A stretch of DNA of 64,000 bases from Octopus sinensis (taxonomy: Eukaryota): the NCBI RefSeq assembly GCF_006345805.1, contig NC_042999.1, forward strand, positions 7,688,001 through 7,752,000, read 5' to 3'. Shown in pieces: positions 1-12,915 of the stretch. The notes below the pieces were generated by a model. That model had not been told where the DNA came from, did no database searches, and saw nothing but the letters and a program-made list of their open reading frames with translations. The translations under genes and the position numbers were made by a program. Positions within the stretch are counted from its first letter, which is position 1; every line of letters begins with the position of its first letter.

Positions 1-159
1 TCTGTTGAGTTGTCCTTATTTTTCTCCTGAATGTTTCCATTAGTAGAGATAATTCATGGACACCTGATTATTTAAGTTTTCAATTGTTTATGTATATGAA
101 TCAATGAGAGGAATTTAGTCTGGTCACAACACGGCAATTCACACCTTGTCATTCCCTAC

Positions 160-450
160 GTTCAATTCTTGGCATTTTGCTGGGACAGACCAAGAAATGA
201 AGCGGTGATGAGAAAAGCTGTCAAGCGGTGGATAGGGTTTACTGGCCGTATGTTTCGGTTATCGCAGGAGAGACACACTACGCTTGTGATCGAGTGGATG
301 CCTGAAGGAGGGAAGGACCGAACGGATGACTAAAGAAGGTGTGTCACAGTACATATCAGGGAGACATGATAATGATGGAAGTTGGCTCGAATGGAAATAA
401 AAGATAATCGTAGAATGGTGATGTTTGGAGAAGGCTCGTTACCCGTTGAG
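160..450 (+). mobile_element. Decayed 3' end of an RTE-like LINE
   Basis: Broken translation WDRPRNEAVMRKAVKRWIGFTGRMFRLSQERHTTLVIEWMPEGGK...DVWRRLV resembles the RTE RT C-terminal tail (W.P.GKR..GRP; DR..WR.LV). Confidence 0.5.
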
Positions 451-589
451 CTAACATTGGAGCATCAAAGTGCTACAAGAGATGTGTGTGCATGTGTGTG
501 CATGTGTGTGCAGCCTAGTGTTTCCATTTGGACAGACAATGTACCATACACACACACACATACGATATATATTTGAGTGTTTGTGTATG

Positions 590-631
<42 letters not shown>

Positions 632-705
632 TGTATAAATAAATCTGTTCTTCGTATGAAACAATTGTACTGAACAACTAATCCATTCTTGTTGCTTTTT
701 TCCTG

Positions 706-716
706 TATATATATAT

Positions 717-780
<64 letters not shown>
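706..780. repeat. (TA)n microsatellite
   Basis: Direct reading; abuts the element at 785. Confidence 0.95.
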
Positions 781-784
<4 letters not shown>

Positions 785-1270
785 AGAAAACAAAACATGG
801 AACAAGAACGTAATTGGAGACAACAAATCATCCGGACACTTAGACAGTACAAAGAAAGGACAAGAAGAAATAAGGACGGGGCATTCAGAGCTTCCTATCC
901 TCAGTCGAGTAGCAGATTATCATAGCAGTTTCGGCCGGTTACACTCAAGACTGCTCCAATCTGGGCGGCCCCAAGAAACTCTAAGCTAAGAGCACTAGAT
1001 TCCTTGGAAGAAAGTAAGCGAATGTATGCAAAAATAGGGACGGAAAAAATGGAGAAATGGTACACAATTACAAATACAAATAACAGGACATTAACAACAG
1101 GTGTCTTTCAACTAAGGAAGAATTACATTAAGCTCGCGTGTGTGGAAGTAAAGACTTACGGCAGGGACATAAGGGATGAGAATCATCGGAAGGAATATAA
1201 GTGATGTATCACGGGTTGTAGTCGAACCAAGAAAGAATGATCAGGCTTCGCGGATCACACGCATACATAT
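785..1270 (-). mobile_element. Non-coding interspersed element family P1, copy 1 (putative non-autonomous Penelope-like element)
   Basis: Homologous over several hundred bp to 13905-14320 and, inverted, to 35045-35395 (shared ctaagctaagag..ttagattccttggaagaaag). Borders (TA)n and carries an HHR-core motif. Confidence 0.7.
883..963 (-). ncRNA. Strand-shuffled hammerhead-like motif (P1 copy 1)
   Basis: Minus strand reads GCAGUC UUGAGU guaaccggcc GAAACUGC (14 nt) ACUCGA CUGAGGA. Stem III GCAGU/ACUGC; stem I UUGAGU/ACUCGA with one G-U pair. Confidence 0.6.
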
Positions 1271-1436
1271 GTATTTCGTCTAGGGCTAGGTTTGTATATA
1301 CATGCAATACCCAATTAACAACATTCAACAAGAAAATTTAAATTAAATTAATAGCTTCAACATGAAATTTAAACTTAATTTAATTTCTGTATTTGAACTA
1401 ACTGGATGTGAAATATATATGTGTGTATATATATAT

Positions 1437-1634
1437 CACCATGATCACCGTGACCGACCTGGCTATCAGATGTAGTTACACATCGCTGGTCACAATGCGT
1501 TCGCATTGTTTTAGCCTTCAAATGACGCCACCCCGCTGGCTAAGCGAGCAGGCCAACAGAAGAAAGAATAAGAGAAAGTTGTGGTGAGAGAGTACAGCAG
1601 GGATCACCACCCCCTGCCGGAGCCTCGTGGAGCT
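1437..1634 (-). mobile_element. SINE fragment: family-B body with an alternative 3' tail
   Basis: 1560-1634 matches the family-B body (gagaaagttgtggtga..cagcagggatcaccacc..gccggagcctcgtggagct). 1437-1560 matches the tail at 14575-14640. Confidence 0.7.
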
Positions 1635-1635
1635 G

Positions 1636-1718
<83 letters not shown>

Positions 1719-1788
1719 GTATATATATATGTATATATATATATATATATTATATATATATAATATATATATATATTATATATATATA

Positions 1789-1819
<31 letters not shown>

Positions 1820-1822
1820 AAT

Positions 1823-1860
<38 letters not shown>

Positions 1861-1873
1861 TATTTTTACAATT

Positions 1874-1912
<39 letters not shown>
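1636..1912. repeat. Long interrupted (TA)n tract
   Basis: Direct reading. Confidence 0.95.
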
Positions 1913-1914
<2 letters not shown>

Positions 1915-1919
1915 CTAAA

Positions 1920-1989
1920 TGCAATACAACATCACGGAGGAATCGACGTAAGCTTAAATAATAAACCGCAATACGGCAAGCGATTACTG
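1920..1989 (+). mobile_element. 3' half of a Tigger/pogo-like MITE
   Basis: Matches 35590-35667; ends GATTACTG followed by TA. Confidence 0.55.
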
Positions 1990-4900
1990 TATACAAATTT
2001 GTATTTGATGTACTTAATATATTTAAAATATTTGGTGTATCTAGTTTGCTTATCCCCATAATTGCTTCTATACATACATACATACATTTATAAATGTGTA
2101 TGCCTGAATGTTTAGAAGAGGGAGAGAGAGAGAGAGAGAAAGATGATGCAAAAATATAAATCTATATAAACATAGGTATATGGAGTGGAATTTAAGTGTC
2201 ATGTGTAAATGTCAGGCCGGTCACGTGATATGCTGACATAGGAGCACCTGCATTCTTCTCTTCTCGGAATGTAGGAAATTTAGACATGGAGAGTCAGCAA
2301 AACACGACGGAACCGTTCTTGCAAATGGTATTAATTTACTTAAAATCTTCCTGTCTTTATTCGAACGTCTTAATGGAATCGTCCTGACAAATCAATCAAT
2401 ATAAAATGGCCGGATCTCTTTTTCTTGTCTTTTTCTTGTCTTATTGTCTGTTTGCGTCAAAGTATTAGGTTTATATTTCTGAAAATAATCTCGATATATA
2501 TGCAATGCTTTTAAATCTTCATTCTAGACTTTCATATTTGAAAATCAGACAAATCGATTTATTTTTCATATCATTTGGAAAGTCAGACAAATCGAATATT
2601 TCGAAATCCAATTTTCAATATATCGTAGTCTATATTTTATTGTTTAATTTTCGATAATGTAATTTTGATTCCAGTCTCAACCAAGTCTTTCATGTTAACT
2701 TGCTTACAGTTGCCGTTCTACAAATATATATATATTGTTAATTCCTTACAATATTTGGACGCTATTTTATTAAGTAATAACACTGAAAAGAAATTCTGCG
2801 GAACAATATATTTTCAAAAGTTGATTTATACAATAAAATTCTACAAGTTCAATATAAGCTGAAAGTTTATTTACTTCAATATTATTATTGTTCCAATAAA
2901 AGCTGCAGTTTGCAAAGCCATTTGAACAAAGAACGACGGAAATAAAGAACTAAAATCTAATAGCTGAATCGTATCGCACAGATTCAATAGTTTAAGAAAT
3001 TTTACTTTTCAATAGACCATTCTAATTTATATATAAGAACCACTAGAAGCTGGAATTCGGCAGTACAAGTTTATTGTACATAAATATTATCATCTATATA
3101 TAGTTTTCAACGGTTTTTAATGTGTACACACTTCCGAGCAAAACATGTAGAACTTTTGCTAAAAACTAATAAAAGTCATATATCTTTTTACAAAACGAAC
3201 CGTTTATTTTATGAGATTAAAAAAAAAACATGCTTTTTCATAAACGGATTTTAATTTATCTAATCTTTTAAACACTTCTTTGGGTGCTTATAATCCTTTC
3301 GTACAAAATTATGCCATCATCAATTCGTCTGATCCAACAATGTTTGTCTTTCCTCAGGTAACAGCAATGGAGTGAAATGATATATTTTTGGTAAGAAATT
3401 GATGTCCTTTTCCTCCCAAATTATTTCTTTCTGTCAGCAATTATTTTATTGACATTATCACTTTTTACGTTAAGGTAGTCTCTTTGCAAAAAGTTTGGTT
3501 CCAAATATCGAATATTTTAAACGGTTTTCTAATATGTGCTTAGATACATTTTGGTAACTATAATGAAATTTCTGCATTAAAGAGCTATGGTGTTATTCCA
3601 GTCTCGAGAGACTTGTTTTGTGATCCTTGTCTGTTTTAGTTTGGAGTTTATTTTTGTTGGATCGGTATGATGGCTTTTTCTTTATCTTTGCTAGAATATT
3701 CTTTGCATGGTGATAAATGGAATGCGTAATTTATAATTCTTGCAGTTTCTTTTTGATGGTCTTAAATTATGACTTAAGTTATGAGGTGAAAGAATTCTTC
3801 CCATCTTTGAAGATGGCAGATATTTCTATCATGTAATGGAAGCCATAAAGTAGAGACACTATCTACTGCAGTATCATTTGCGAAGCGATAAAAATGATAA
3901 TAAAGCTTAATGAAAAAGAAATTCCTCCATAAATCTTAACCAATGGCCACTTGAAGCAAAAGAGAAAAAAATGATGTGAAAGAATAAAGTTGAAAATAAA
4001 ATATGGAAAATTGATGAGACAAAATCCAGAGTAACAGAGTTGCCTTGAAAATAACGTCTTAAGTGAACTTAGGAAACTTTCAGTGTATAATTTATATTAC
4101 ACGTAGCGATTAAATAACAATTAAAAACACTGCTTAAAAAGTATTTGCATTTCCTTTTGAAGACATCAACAATTATACACCTGCTCTCTTTCTTACATTG
4201 TTCCGGCATGAATTAATATTTCAGCGAAGGAAATATTAGTTATAATGTATTATGAATCATAATAGTTTCAGGTTGAAGCCTTTTGCATATTCGGTGTAAC
4301 AGCTTTGGACAGTGAAGAGAAGAGTTGCCCGACTGAGAAAATAGAGCTAATGGTGATTGTGACGATGACAGGCAAAACAGGTTTTAATGCTATTAATATT
4401 TGAGCGCATGTGTTGCAGCAATCCTCGCATGAGGATTTTCTCGCTTGAAAAAATCCTTAAATTTTATTTCATAAAAAATGAAATCTTTGAATATCAGTGA
4501 AACCAATGAATGGTATTGTGAATTTATCAGTTGTTGAGAATTTTGAAGGCGAATATGAGTGAGGTTATTATTACTACTTATCACAACAGCGATTTAATAA
4601 ATCAAATGAGGCTGTGATTTTGAAAATTATATTTGCCATATCTTCGCCCTTTATGAATACAAAACTAAAATAAAATAATACCCTCATCAGAATACTAAAT
4701 ATTTTTGATCTCCACTGGTTTCATTATCCTCAAGATTAAATCACAGAAACTAAGAACAAAAAAAAACCGTTCCTTTATATTCTTCATGCCTTATCAATAA
4801 TTCTATTAGATTGCCAGCTATATTAACAGTATTAAATGCAAAGTTTTTGTTGTCAGAGATGATAAAATGGAAAACGACAGTTTAACAACGTAAAAGAAAT

Positions 4901-5668
4901 TCTGGCTTGCCAAATTTATGCAAAGAAAATTAACTTCTGTAATAAAATTTTAAATCCAGAGAAAGATAATAACATTTAGCAAAATTATTGTGCTCAAGTT
5001 GTCTTTTTAAGGATTAAATTTTAAACTATTAACTGTGTTTACTGGAATTATAAATTATTGCTTCAGTGTTTCAGAGATATTGCCATCAATTTTAATAATG
5101 CGTCATAAATACCTTTCATAAACTGGAGTCGATATACTGACTTTCTCTTCGCCGAGAATGTGTGGGGTGTGCAGCCTGTACTGGGCGTAATTATAGGCAA
5201 AAGATGTGTATTTTATGATGAGTATTGCTCCAATTTGTGAAGGGAATTGCTCCATGTAATTACAATGGCGACAATGTGATGCAATATGCATAATCGATTG
5301 AAACTTTCTGATTCGATTGAAACGGTTTTAGTATTTTACTGTGACATCGTTTTCTGACTTAGGAGCATTTGAAAGTAGAAGGACCGAACTACAGATTTGT
5401 CAGTTCAAAACTCAGCATTATCTGCATAGATGGCACTCACGATAGATTCTAACAGGTACACGGACTTCGATTAAGTAGGAACATCCGTGCAATTAGGAGA
5501 CTAAATTCCCTCGAATGTTATTTAATATTAAAATAACTAGGAGCAGCGATAACAGCACTAAAAACCCGTAAAAATATTCAATCCAATAATCGTTTCGGTG
5601 AAAAGTCTTGAAAATATCCAAGAGTGGATCCGGTTCTGTTGCAGTTATTGGTTGTGACCAAATATATA

Positions 5669-6095
5669 CAAGGGTTGGACAAAATAATGGAAACAGCTTA
5701 AAATTTCAAACACATTTAGTTTAATATAGGGTAGGACTGTCTTTGGCAGTAATTATAGCTTGAATTCTATGAGGTATGGACTCGTACAAATTTTGAATTG
5801 TTTCCAAAGGAATTTTTGTCCATTCTTCAGCTAAAACAATCTCCAGTTCTTGTAGTGATGATAGTGGAGGATATCGACTTCTTACTTGTTTTTCTAAAAT
5901 GCACCATAAATGTTCAATAATATTGAGATCTGGGGACTGTGGTGGCCAGATAAGATGTTCAACTTCATTAGAATGTTCCTTGTGCCATTAAGTAACAACT
6001 TTAGCTGTGTGAATTGGTGCATTACTATCCTGAAAGATTGCATGGATGAATTTAGCTTTTTCAGAGTCCTCACAAACAAAATGCTAACTTGGGGA
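5669..6095 (-). mobile_element. Tc1-family transposon, 3' fragment (transposase pseudogene plus terminal sequence)
   Basis: Minus strand encodes FQDSNAPIHTAKVV*..WPPQSPDLNIIEHLW..LEKQV..EEWTKIP (Tc1 QDN and WPPQSPDLNPIEHLW motifs). End is TA|CAAGGGTTGGACAAAATAATGGAAAC. Confidence 0.85.
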
Positions 6096-6109
6096 TTCAC
6101 GTTAGTATT

Positions 6110-6525
6110 GAGCTGGCAGAAACGTTAGCACGCTGGGCGAAATGCGTAGCCGTATTTCGTCTGCCGTTACGTTCTGAGTTCAAATTCCGCCGAGGTCGAC
6201 CTTGCCTTTCATCCTTTCGGGGTCGATTAAATAAGTACCAGTTCCGCACTGGGGTCGATGTAATCGACTTAATCCGTTTGTCTGTCCTTGTTTGTCCCCT
6301 CTGTGTTTAGCCCCTCGTGGGTAATAAAGAAATAGGTATTTCGTCTGCCGTTACGTTCTGAGTTCAAATTCTGCCGAGGTCCACTTTGCCTTTCATCCTT
6401 TCGGGGTCGATAAATTAAGTACCAGTTATGCACTGGGGTCGATTTAATCGACGTAATCCATTTGTCTGTCCTTGTCTGTCCCCTCAGTGTGTAGCCCCTT
6501 GTGGGTAGTAACGAGATAAGAAATA
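6110..6525 (+). mobile_element. tRNA-derived SINE family A, two internal ~184-bp units
   Basis: A-box-like GAGCTGGCAGAAACGTTAG, B-box GAGTTCAAATTCC, core TTGCCTTTCATCCTTTCGGGGTCGATAAATTAAGTACCAG; unit repeats from ~6335. Confidence 0.9.
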
Positions 6526-7124
6526 CTATTGAAATCATAAACGTTTCATTTACGCCTCAGCATCGTTGTCTGACATCGCATCGCACCGACACATTTATTT
6601 ATAAATGCATCTTCATACATTTTATCCACAGAATACATTCACCGCTAAATATTAGTTAAAGATTTTATTCCTAGATTACATACGTCTCATTTCAGTAACA
6701 AGGAAAAATAAAATCAAAGACAAAAATTCCATCTTAAAAGATTCTTCGAAATCTTGACAAAGGAACAATTCAGAAATGAAGTAATAATCGAACACTATAT
6801 CGCCGGTGCAGAAATTCCAAATGACAAAAAAATGAAAAAAATAAATAAATAATGAAATAATGTAATAATGAAATAAAGATAGCAACGCAAGAATTCAATG
6901 GATTGTCAAGGAATATCAAAATCGCGAAATACAGGAAATTTTTAAGTGGCATTGTTTAGAACGTGGTGCTTTTCGAATATTTTTTTTTTACCTTCATTCA
7001 ATTTAAAATAGTGTTATCCTTTTATTGTATTTCTGTGATTCAAATTCTGAAAGTAAATTTGAATTGTTTTTACAGGGATTTATCGAGAAAATCTGACATT
7101 ATTATGTTTTAGTTGCGAATTTCG

Positions 7125-7925
7125 TTTCCATTGTCAGTGAAATACAATGCAATCACTGTGTGTAACGAAAACTTTCAAATAATATTTATCGAGATATTTA
7201 CTCTGTTGATAAAAAGTATAACGTGGAAATTGACCAATGACGAATTTGGTTCGATGACGAATTTACCGCGGATGTGTTTATTCGCAATGGAACAGCCTTA
7301 CCATGAAATTACAGCTGCGAAATAGTTTACCTGCTAGAAATTTTCATATCAGTGAGGGGAGCCGGTGCGCATTGATGCCGTCGAGAGGTAGGCCTCGAAA
7401 CGGCGCGCATTCTCTCCTGATGATCCATACACTTGCTAGCTTCCGGTATACGGAGCTTTTAACTGGTAGCACTTGCATGTGAAAGTTGTTTGCAAGCCAT
7501 TTACCAGATATCTCAAAGTATGTTTCACTGACCAAATTCTGTACTGACCTCCCCAGAGCTGCAACCCTCAAGACGCCTCTCCTTACCCTTCGTTTGCGCA
7601 TATTTATTATTGTATTGATTCTTAAACAGACGCCACTTACATCGATCTCACCGTTCCAATGTTGAAGTCAGAAATGTTTCAACACTTTCAATGTCGGACA
7701 TCAAAATATATCGTCATTAAAAGAGAGACAAGATATATTGTATCATTCATATCGTCCGTATAAATAAAGGAAATAAATGGCTTTAACCAAAAATCGAAGA
7801 AGAATGATTGTGTTAATTACAGTAGTTTATCTCTTCCGGGATTGTACTCTCGTTAATGAATATATAACCAATTCAATGATTGTATTTAAGCAATGATTAA
7901 ATGATTTGCCTGTGGCCATATTTGA
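7125..7925 (+). repeat. Old duplicated segment, copy 1 (paralog 9255-9870)
   Basis: Collinear shared blocks, e.g. ctccccagagctgcaacc, acatcgatctcaccgttc, attaaaagagaga, tttaaccaaaaa, aagcaatgattaaa. Confidence 0.8.
7365..7423 (+). ncRNA. Strand-shuffled hammerhead-like motif (independent sequence family)
   Basis: GCCGUC GAGAG guaggccuc GAAACGGC gcgcauu CUCUC CUGAUGA. Stem III GCCGU/ACGGC extended by GUGCGC/GCGCAU; stem I GAGAG/CUCUC. Confidence 0.6.
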
Positions 7926-8483
7926 AGAGATACAAATTCAATGAAATTCGAATGTAGCCCCAGATCACATGATAAATTGATATCCTATTAATTAGGCTAT
8001 GGGCATATCAGTATTCTTTAATTAAATATCCTTTAATTACTGTATTTATAGAGTGGAATCGACGAATCTGTTAGATTTGAGGAAATCAGCATTCTTTCCT
8101 TTCTGTTCTTCATAGTTGGAACTGGTTTTATACAAGTTGGAATTTGTATAAAGTATGCTGGAGAATTAATGCTTGCAAATTACAAACTTGTATTTCTACA
8201 ACCAAACGTTCGATTCTTCGCTGGCATTTTACTGTTCTTGTCGCAAACCCTCATTCATTACTGACAAAATCCGCCAAAACAAAATTCTGTTGATATATTT
8301 CTGCAAGAATCAAGACGTTATTTCGTATATCTGAACATGATACAACAAATATCAAACCTTAATGAAGAGTGACAACTAGATGAGTGGATATGGTATGAGA
8401 AAGCGAGCAATGATTGGGCATTTCTTATGCTTTCACGACAGCTACATTGTTTTTTATGTCCCAGAGAATTAGTTGTTTCGCAC

Positions 8484-8765
8484 CATCATCATCATTGTTC
8501 GACCGTCGTCGAGACAATGGAATTTACTATGTTACGCTAGACTTAACGTTCCATCATAGCAGTACGGAGGTCCTGTGGCTGGATACCTGTATCCCTGGAG
8601 ATTACATCAGGGTAGGAGAGTGTGTGCCCTCTGGTATCGCGAGCATATGGCTTCCAAAGGAGAAGAGTAGAAATTACCTGTGTCAGTGGGGTAGAAAGGG
8701 CTCCTTAGCCATAGTGAAGCACCAAGTCAGGTCTGCTCGCACAGACCCACAACAAAAGACATTAT
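8484..8765 (-). mobile_element. RTE-clade LINE 3' fragment with (ATG)n tail
   Basis: Same family as 43154-43359; minus strand ends ...gtcgaacaatgatgatgatg. Confidence 0.8.
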
Positions 8766-9254
8766 AGTCGCTAACATCCTGTCTTTCTGTGTAACTACGG
8801 CTATATCGCCAACATATCATTCCTGTTTTAAGACGGCGCAGAGCTATTTCAGGGGTGTTTAGCTCCTATTTCTAACAGGTAAAAATGACACCTAGTGGCT
8901 ACCAGCCGTATAAGTATCACTCTCGGTATGATTCCCTGGCTGTAAAATTCCGTACCATCCCCATGGCTTTGTGATTATTGAGTTTCTGCTGGCAAGAGAA
9001 ATTCTAAGATTTCCAGTGGAAAGCTATGGATAGCCTATTCAGGTGAAGAATTACTTCTCATCTGTTTGTTGTTACTGAACTCGGAGCTGCGGACCGGGCG
9101 TATGAATCCATGTTATTTCGTCTGTATTTCACTTGAAATTTTAAATATTCCAATAATAACAGTCAATTTACAAGAGAGATATTAAATCGACGTAACATCA
9201 TCAATACCAATGTACAGTTCCTTAGTTATTTCCTTTCGTGCAGCATTGAATTTC

Positions 9255-9870
9255 TTTTCCATTGTCACTGAAAAAAAAACGTAATCATTTTGTAGATAAA
9301 ACATTAAAATATCTGTTGATGAAAAGTATGACGAAGAAATTTACCAATGACAAGTTTGATTCGATGGTGAATTTCCCATGAAATTATAGGTGTTATATTC
9401 ACTGTAAAATAATTTATCTGCCAGAAATTTTCAACGATCAATTTACCAGGTAGGTCTAAATGTGTTTCACTGACAAAATCCTGTACTAAAACTGGGTCTC
9501 CCCAGAGCTGCAACCTTCAAGAATTCCCTCCTTGTCTTTCATTTGCGCATAAATATCAGTGTTTTGATGCTTAATTAGACACCACCTACATCGATCTCAC
9601 CGTTCAAAGGTTGAAGTCAGAACTGTTTCGACATTTTCGCTATCATAAGAATATATCGCCATTAAAAGAGAGATAAGATGTATAGTAAGTCTCATACCTT
9701 ATAGACACTGTCACTGGAAATAAGTGGAATTAATGACTTTAACCAAAAACTGAAGAATTATTGCGTTAGTTACCGTAGTTTATTACTTCCGTGATTGTAA
9801 TCTCACTAATGAATATACTACCGGTTGTATTAAAGCAATGATTAAATTATTTACCTGAGACCATATTTTT
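9255..9870 (+). repeat. Old duplicated segment, copy 2
   Basis: Collinear with 7125-7925 but has only 7 bp where copy 1 has the 152-bp ribozyme-bearing segment. Confidence 0.8.
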
Positions 9871-10729
9871 TCATTTACATCCTTAAGCTTGAGTATTTTT
9901 AACGTGATTTTATGCTCTGGATCAAGTTATTACGTCACTATCGTTTGAAAATCGCATTTAAGTTTTTGTTCCTTAAATTTAATAAGCACATTATGATTAT
10001 GTTGCGCAGATCAATGAACAGAATATACTTTTGACTGGTATCGTGCAGCAAATTCTTCGTTTATGTGCAGTTGTTATTTTAAGAAGGCGGAGTTCTTTTA
10101 TGTTCAACTGAATTTCGCTTTGTAATTTTTCGTGTTTAAATTTGATCCATTTAACGACACAAGCAATGCTAAGCTTATATTTTCGCCATAAAATAGAAAT
10201 GATCTATCGCTGTATTTCCCACATTACTATGCACCGCGTATGATATCTAGCGCTGCTTGTTGAATTAAGAAAGTAATTATATGAAATTTTATCTGCATAA
10301 TTTGAACAGAAATTAAATTAGATGTATACGGATTACGTCAGAAGCTTTGTTGTGCTTGTTAAAGAATAAAATATCATCATTCGTTACTGTAACGAGATTC
10401 CTCGGTGTTAATAAGAAAACTACATTGCAATATAAAAGACACTCTCGGTATCAAGCGGAGAATATATTTTCCTGGTGTGTTAAGTATTTAATTTCTGTCT
10501 AAATTGTGGAGATATTTCCATTCCGAATTTAATTGGCTAGAATGATTTATTTGAAACCGTACAATGAAACCGATATTGTTGTATTTGGGATCGACGAAGG
10601 CTTTATTAATTATAACTTTTTCATGCCCGTCTTATGAGTTCAACCAGGAGAGTTGCTTTTCCTCTTCCAAATATTCTGCGAGTTGCAAGCGTGTAGAATA
10701 ATTCTCCATTGTGCGGTGTGACAGTACCT

Positions 10730-10956
10730 ATTTCTTTATTACCCACAAGGGGCTAAACACAGAGAGTACAAAAAAGGACAGACATAGGTATTAAGTCGAT
10801 TACATCGACCCCAGTGCGTAACTGGTACTTAATTTATCGACCCCGAAAGGATGAAAGGCAAAGTCGACCTGGGCGGAATTTGAACACAGAACGTAACGAC
10901 AGACGAAATACGGCTACGCATTTCGCCCAGCGTGCTAACGTTTCTGCCAGCTCGCC
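10730..10956 (-). mobile_element. SINE family A monomer with 17-bp TSD
   Basis: gcggtgtgacagtacct at 10713-10729 and 10957-10973. Confidence 0.92.
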
Positions 10957-11034
10957 GCGGTGTGACAGTACCTGGGTTTCACTTATTACAGGCAAACATT
11001 TATTGGGAACATTTTAGGTAGAAGATATTGCAAA

Positions 11035-11445
11035 GCAAATATCTGTGTACGTAGCTTGTTTCCCAACCACATAATTCCGGGTTCAGTCCCACTGAGTGGC
11101 ACCTTCAACAGGTGTCTTTTACTACATCTCTGGGCTGGTGAAAGCTTTGTGAAAGGATTTGGTAGATGGAAACTGAAAGAAGCCAGTCGTATATATACAT
11201 ACATACATATATATGTGTGTGGGTGTGTGTGTGTGTGTGTGTGTTCCCCCCATCACTTGACAACCGATGCTTGGTGCGCATATGTCCCTGTAACCTAGCG
11301 GTTCGGCAAAAGAGGCCGATAGAATAAGTAATGGGCATACAAAACAATAAGTGTTGGGGTTGATTTCTTCGACTAACATCATTTAAGGTGGTGCTCCAGC
11401 ATAGCCGCAGTCAAATGACTGAAACAAATGAAAAGAGTAAAACAA
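11035..11445 (+). mobile_element. tRNA-derived SINE family D (CORE-like centre, internal TA/GT microsatellite)
   Basis: B-box GGGTTCAGTCCC; accttcaacaggtgtct (CORE-like accttgggcaagtgtct); tail gtgctccagcatagccgcagtcaaatgactgaaac. Confidence 0.88.
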
Positions 11446-11894
11446 ACAAACAGAAAAAAGAATATAACATAAATACTTGGACTATTAATGCAGAATTTAT
11501 TGGGTTTTGAACCCATTTACTTGGGTAATGACCACCGCGACTTGCAGATAAATGTTGCTCATCAGTTATGCGATGAAAATGAATATATTTAGCAATAGAG
11601 GAAAGCGTTATCTCTGACGATGTTTTCCTGCAGATATCATTGTCATCAAATCTCAATTGTTTTATTATATTTTCAAAGAACCTTCCACTTCCTTAAGCAT
11701 TGAAATATTGATCGGCTCAACTGGTTACTCCAAAAATGTTTGAGATTATTGTGTCTTGCTACAAGAACTCATTTAGAAATTTGAAGACGAAAATACGTTA
11801 CTAATTTTCCGAGAGCCGCTTCAAATTTGCCATCGCTCTTACTATGAGGGTTTGTATCATTTTTCCCTGATAACAAGATAGTTTTATCTATGAA

Positions 11895-12265
11895 CTAGCA
11901 GTATCGCCCAGCATTGCTCGGGCTTGTTTTCTTTTCGACCCTTTAGAATTGGAACTTTTGAAAAGAAAAAAAATTGGCATTATGTAGCTTGTTATTCTTT
12001 ATAAGTGAACATTTTCCTGGTTGAAATACACCGAAAAATGGCGACACAGTAGTCATAGAAAAAAGCACCTTTTTGATGTAAATAATTTTTGTTCTTAACA
12101 TGGTTCGATTTGAATTTTATCTTCTAAGGAAGGAGGAGCAAGCCTTCTTCTATCATACTCTCAATTTTGGTCAACTTGTGCCGCAGGTTCTCGGAGGAGA
12201 TAGTGTTAGTTAAAGGCTACCAAACCTGCCATACACAGACAACTTCAGCTTTATATATAGAGAGA
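11895..12265 (-). mobile_element. Non-autonomous Helitron
   Basis: Minus strand A|TCTCTCTATATATAAAG...GCCCGAGCAATGCTGGGC hairpin, GATACTG CTAG|T: 5' TC, subterminal hairpin, 3' CTAG, A/T target. Confidence 0.85.
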
Positions 12266-12510
12266 TAACCCAAATACTGTAAAGCAGTTGTTTTCTGTAA
12301 CAGCTTCATACGAATAGGGCATCATTGCTGTGGTCTGTCTAAACATATTTTACCTGCAGTTCAAACTCTGTCGGTTTCTATCTTCCTTTCAGTCCTTAAA
12401 ACTTTCTGTACAAATTTTAAAGGATGCACAGAAGCACTCTATGTCACATAGTTTAAACAACTCTTCCTGACTAAGTTATATTACTGTTTTCATCGCTGTT
12501 CTTGATGATA

Positions 12511-12915
12511 TCTTACTCTTTACTCTCTTTTACTCTTTTACTTGTTTCAGTCATTTGACTGCGGCCATGCTGGAGCACCGCCTTTAGTCGAGCAAATCGA
12601 CCCCGGGACTTATTCTTTGTAAGCCCAGTACTTATACTATCGGTCTCTTTTGCCGAACCGCTAAGTGACGGGGACGTAAACACAGCAGCATCGGTTGTCA
12701 AGCAATGCTAGGGGCACAAACACAGACACACAAACACATATATATATATATATACATATATACGACAGGCTTCTTTCAGTTTCCGTCTACCAAATCCACT
12801 CACAAGGCATTGATCAGCCCGGGGTTATAGCAGAAGACACTTGCCCAAGATGCCACGCAGTGGGAACCATGTGGTTGGTTAGCAAGCTACTTACCACACA
12901 GCCACTCCTGCGCCT
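12511..12915 (-). mobile_element. SINE family D, near full length
   Basis: Head ggcgcaggagtggctgtgtggtaag; tail (gagtaaaa)n; tatctt on both sides. Confidence 0.9.

Noticed and set aside
451-2061. YIYIYI and CVCVCV ORFs here and throughout the window
   Set aside because: Dinucleotide repeats lack stop codons; there is no coding signal.
3200-3880. Second decayed Penelope ORF on the minus strand
   Set aside because: Only faint motif echoes (YKLRIPF, KPFKI..W) across many stops; too weak to call.
4684-4745. CUGAUGA and GAAAC on the minus strand as another shuffled hammerhead
   Set aside because: No stem I or stem III complementarity. The same applies to isolated cores at 11616, 20266, 26775, 31048, 50010 and 59236.
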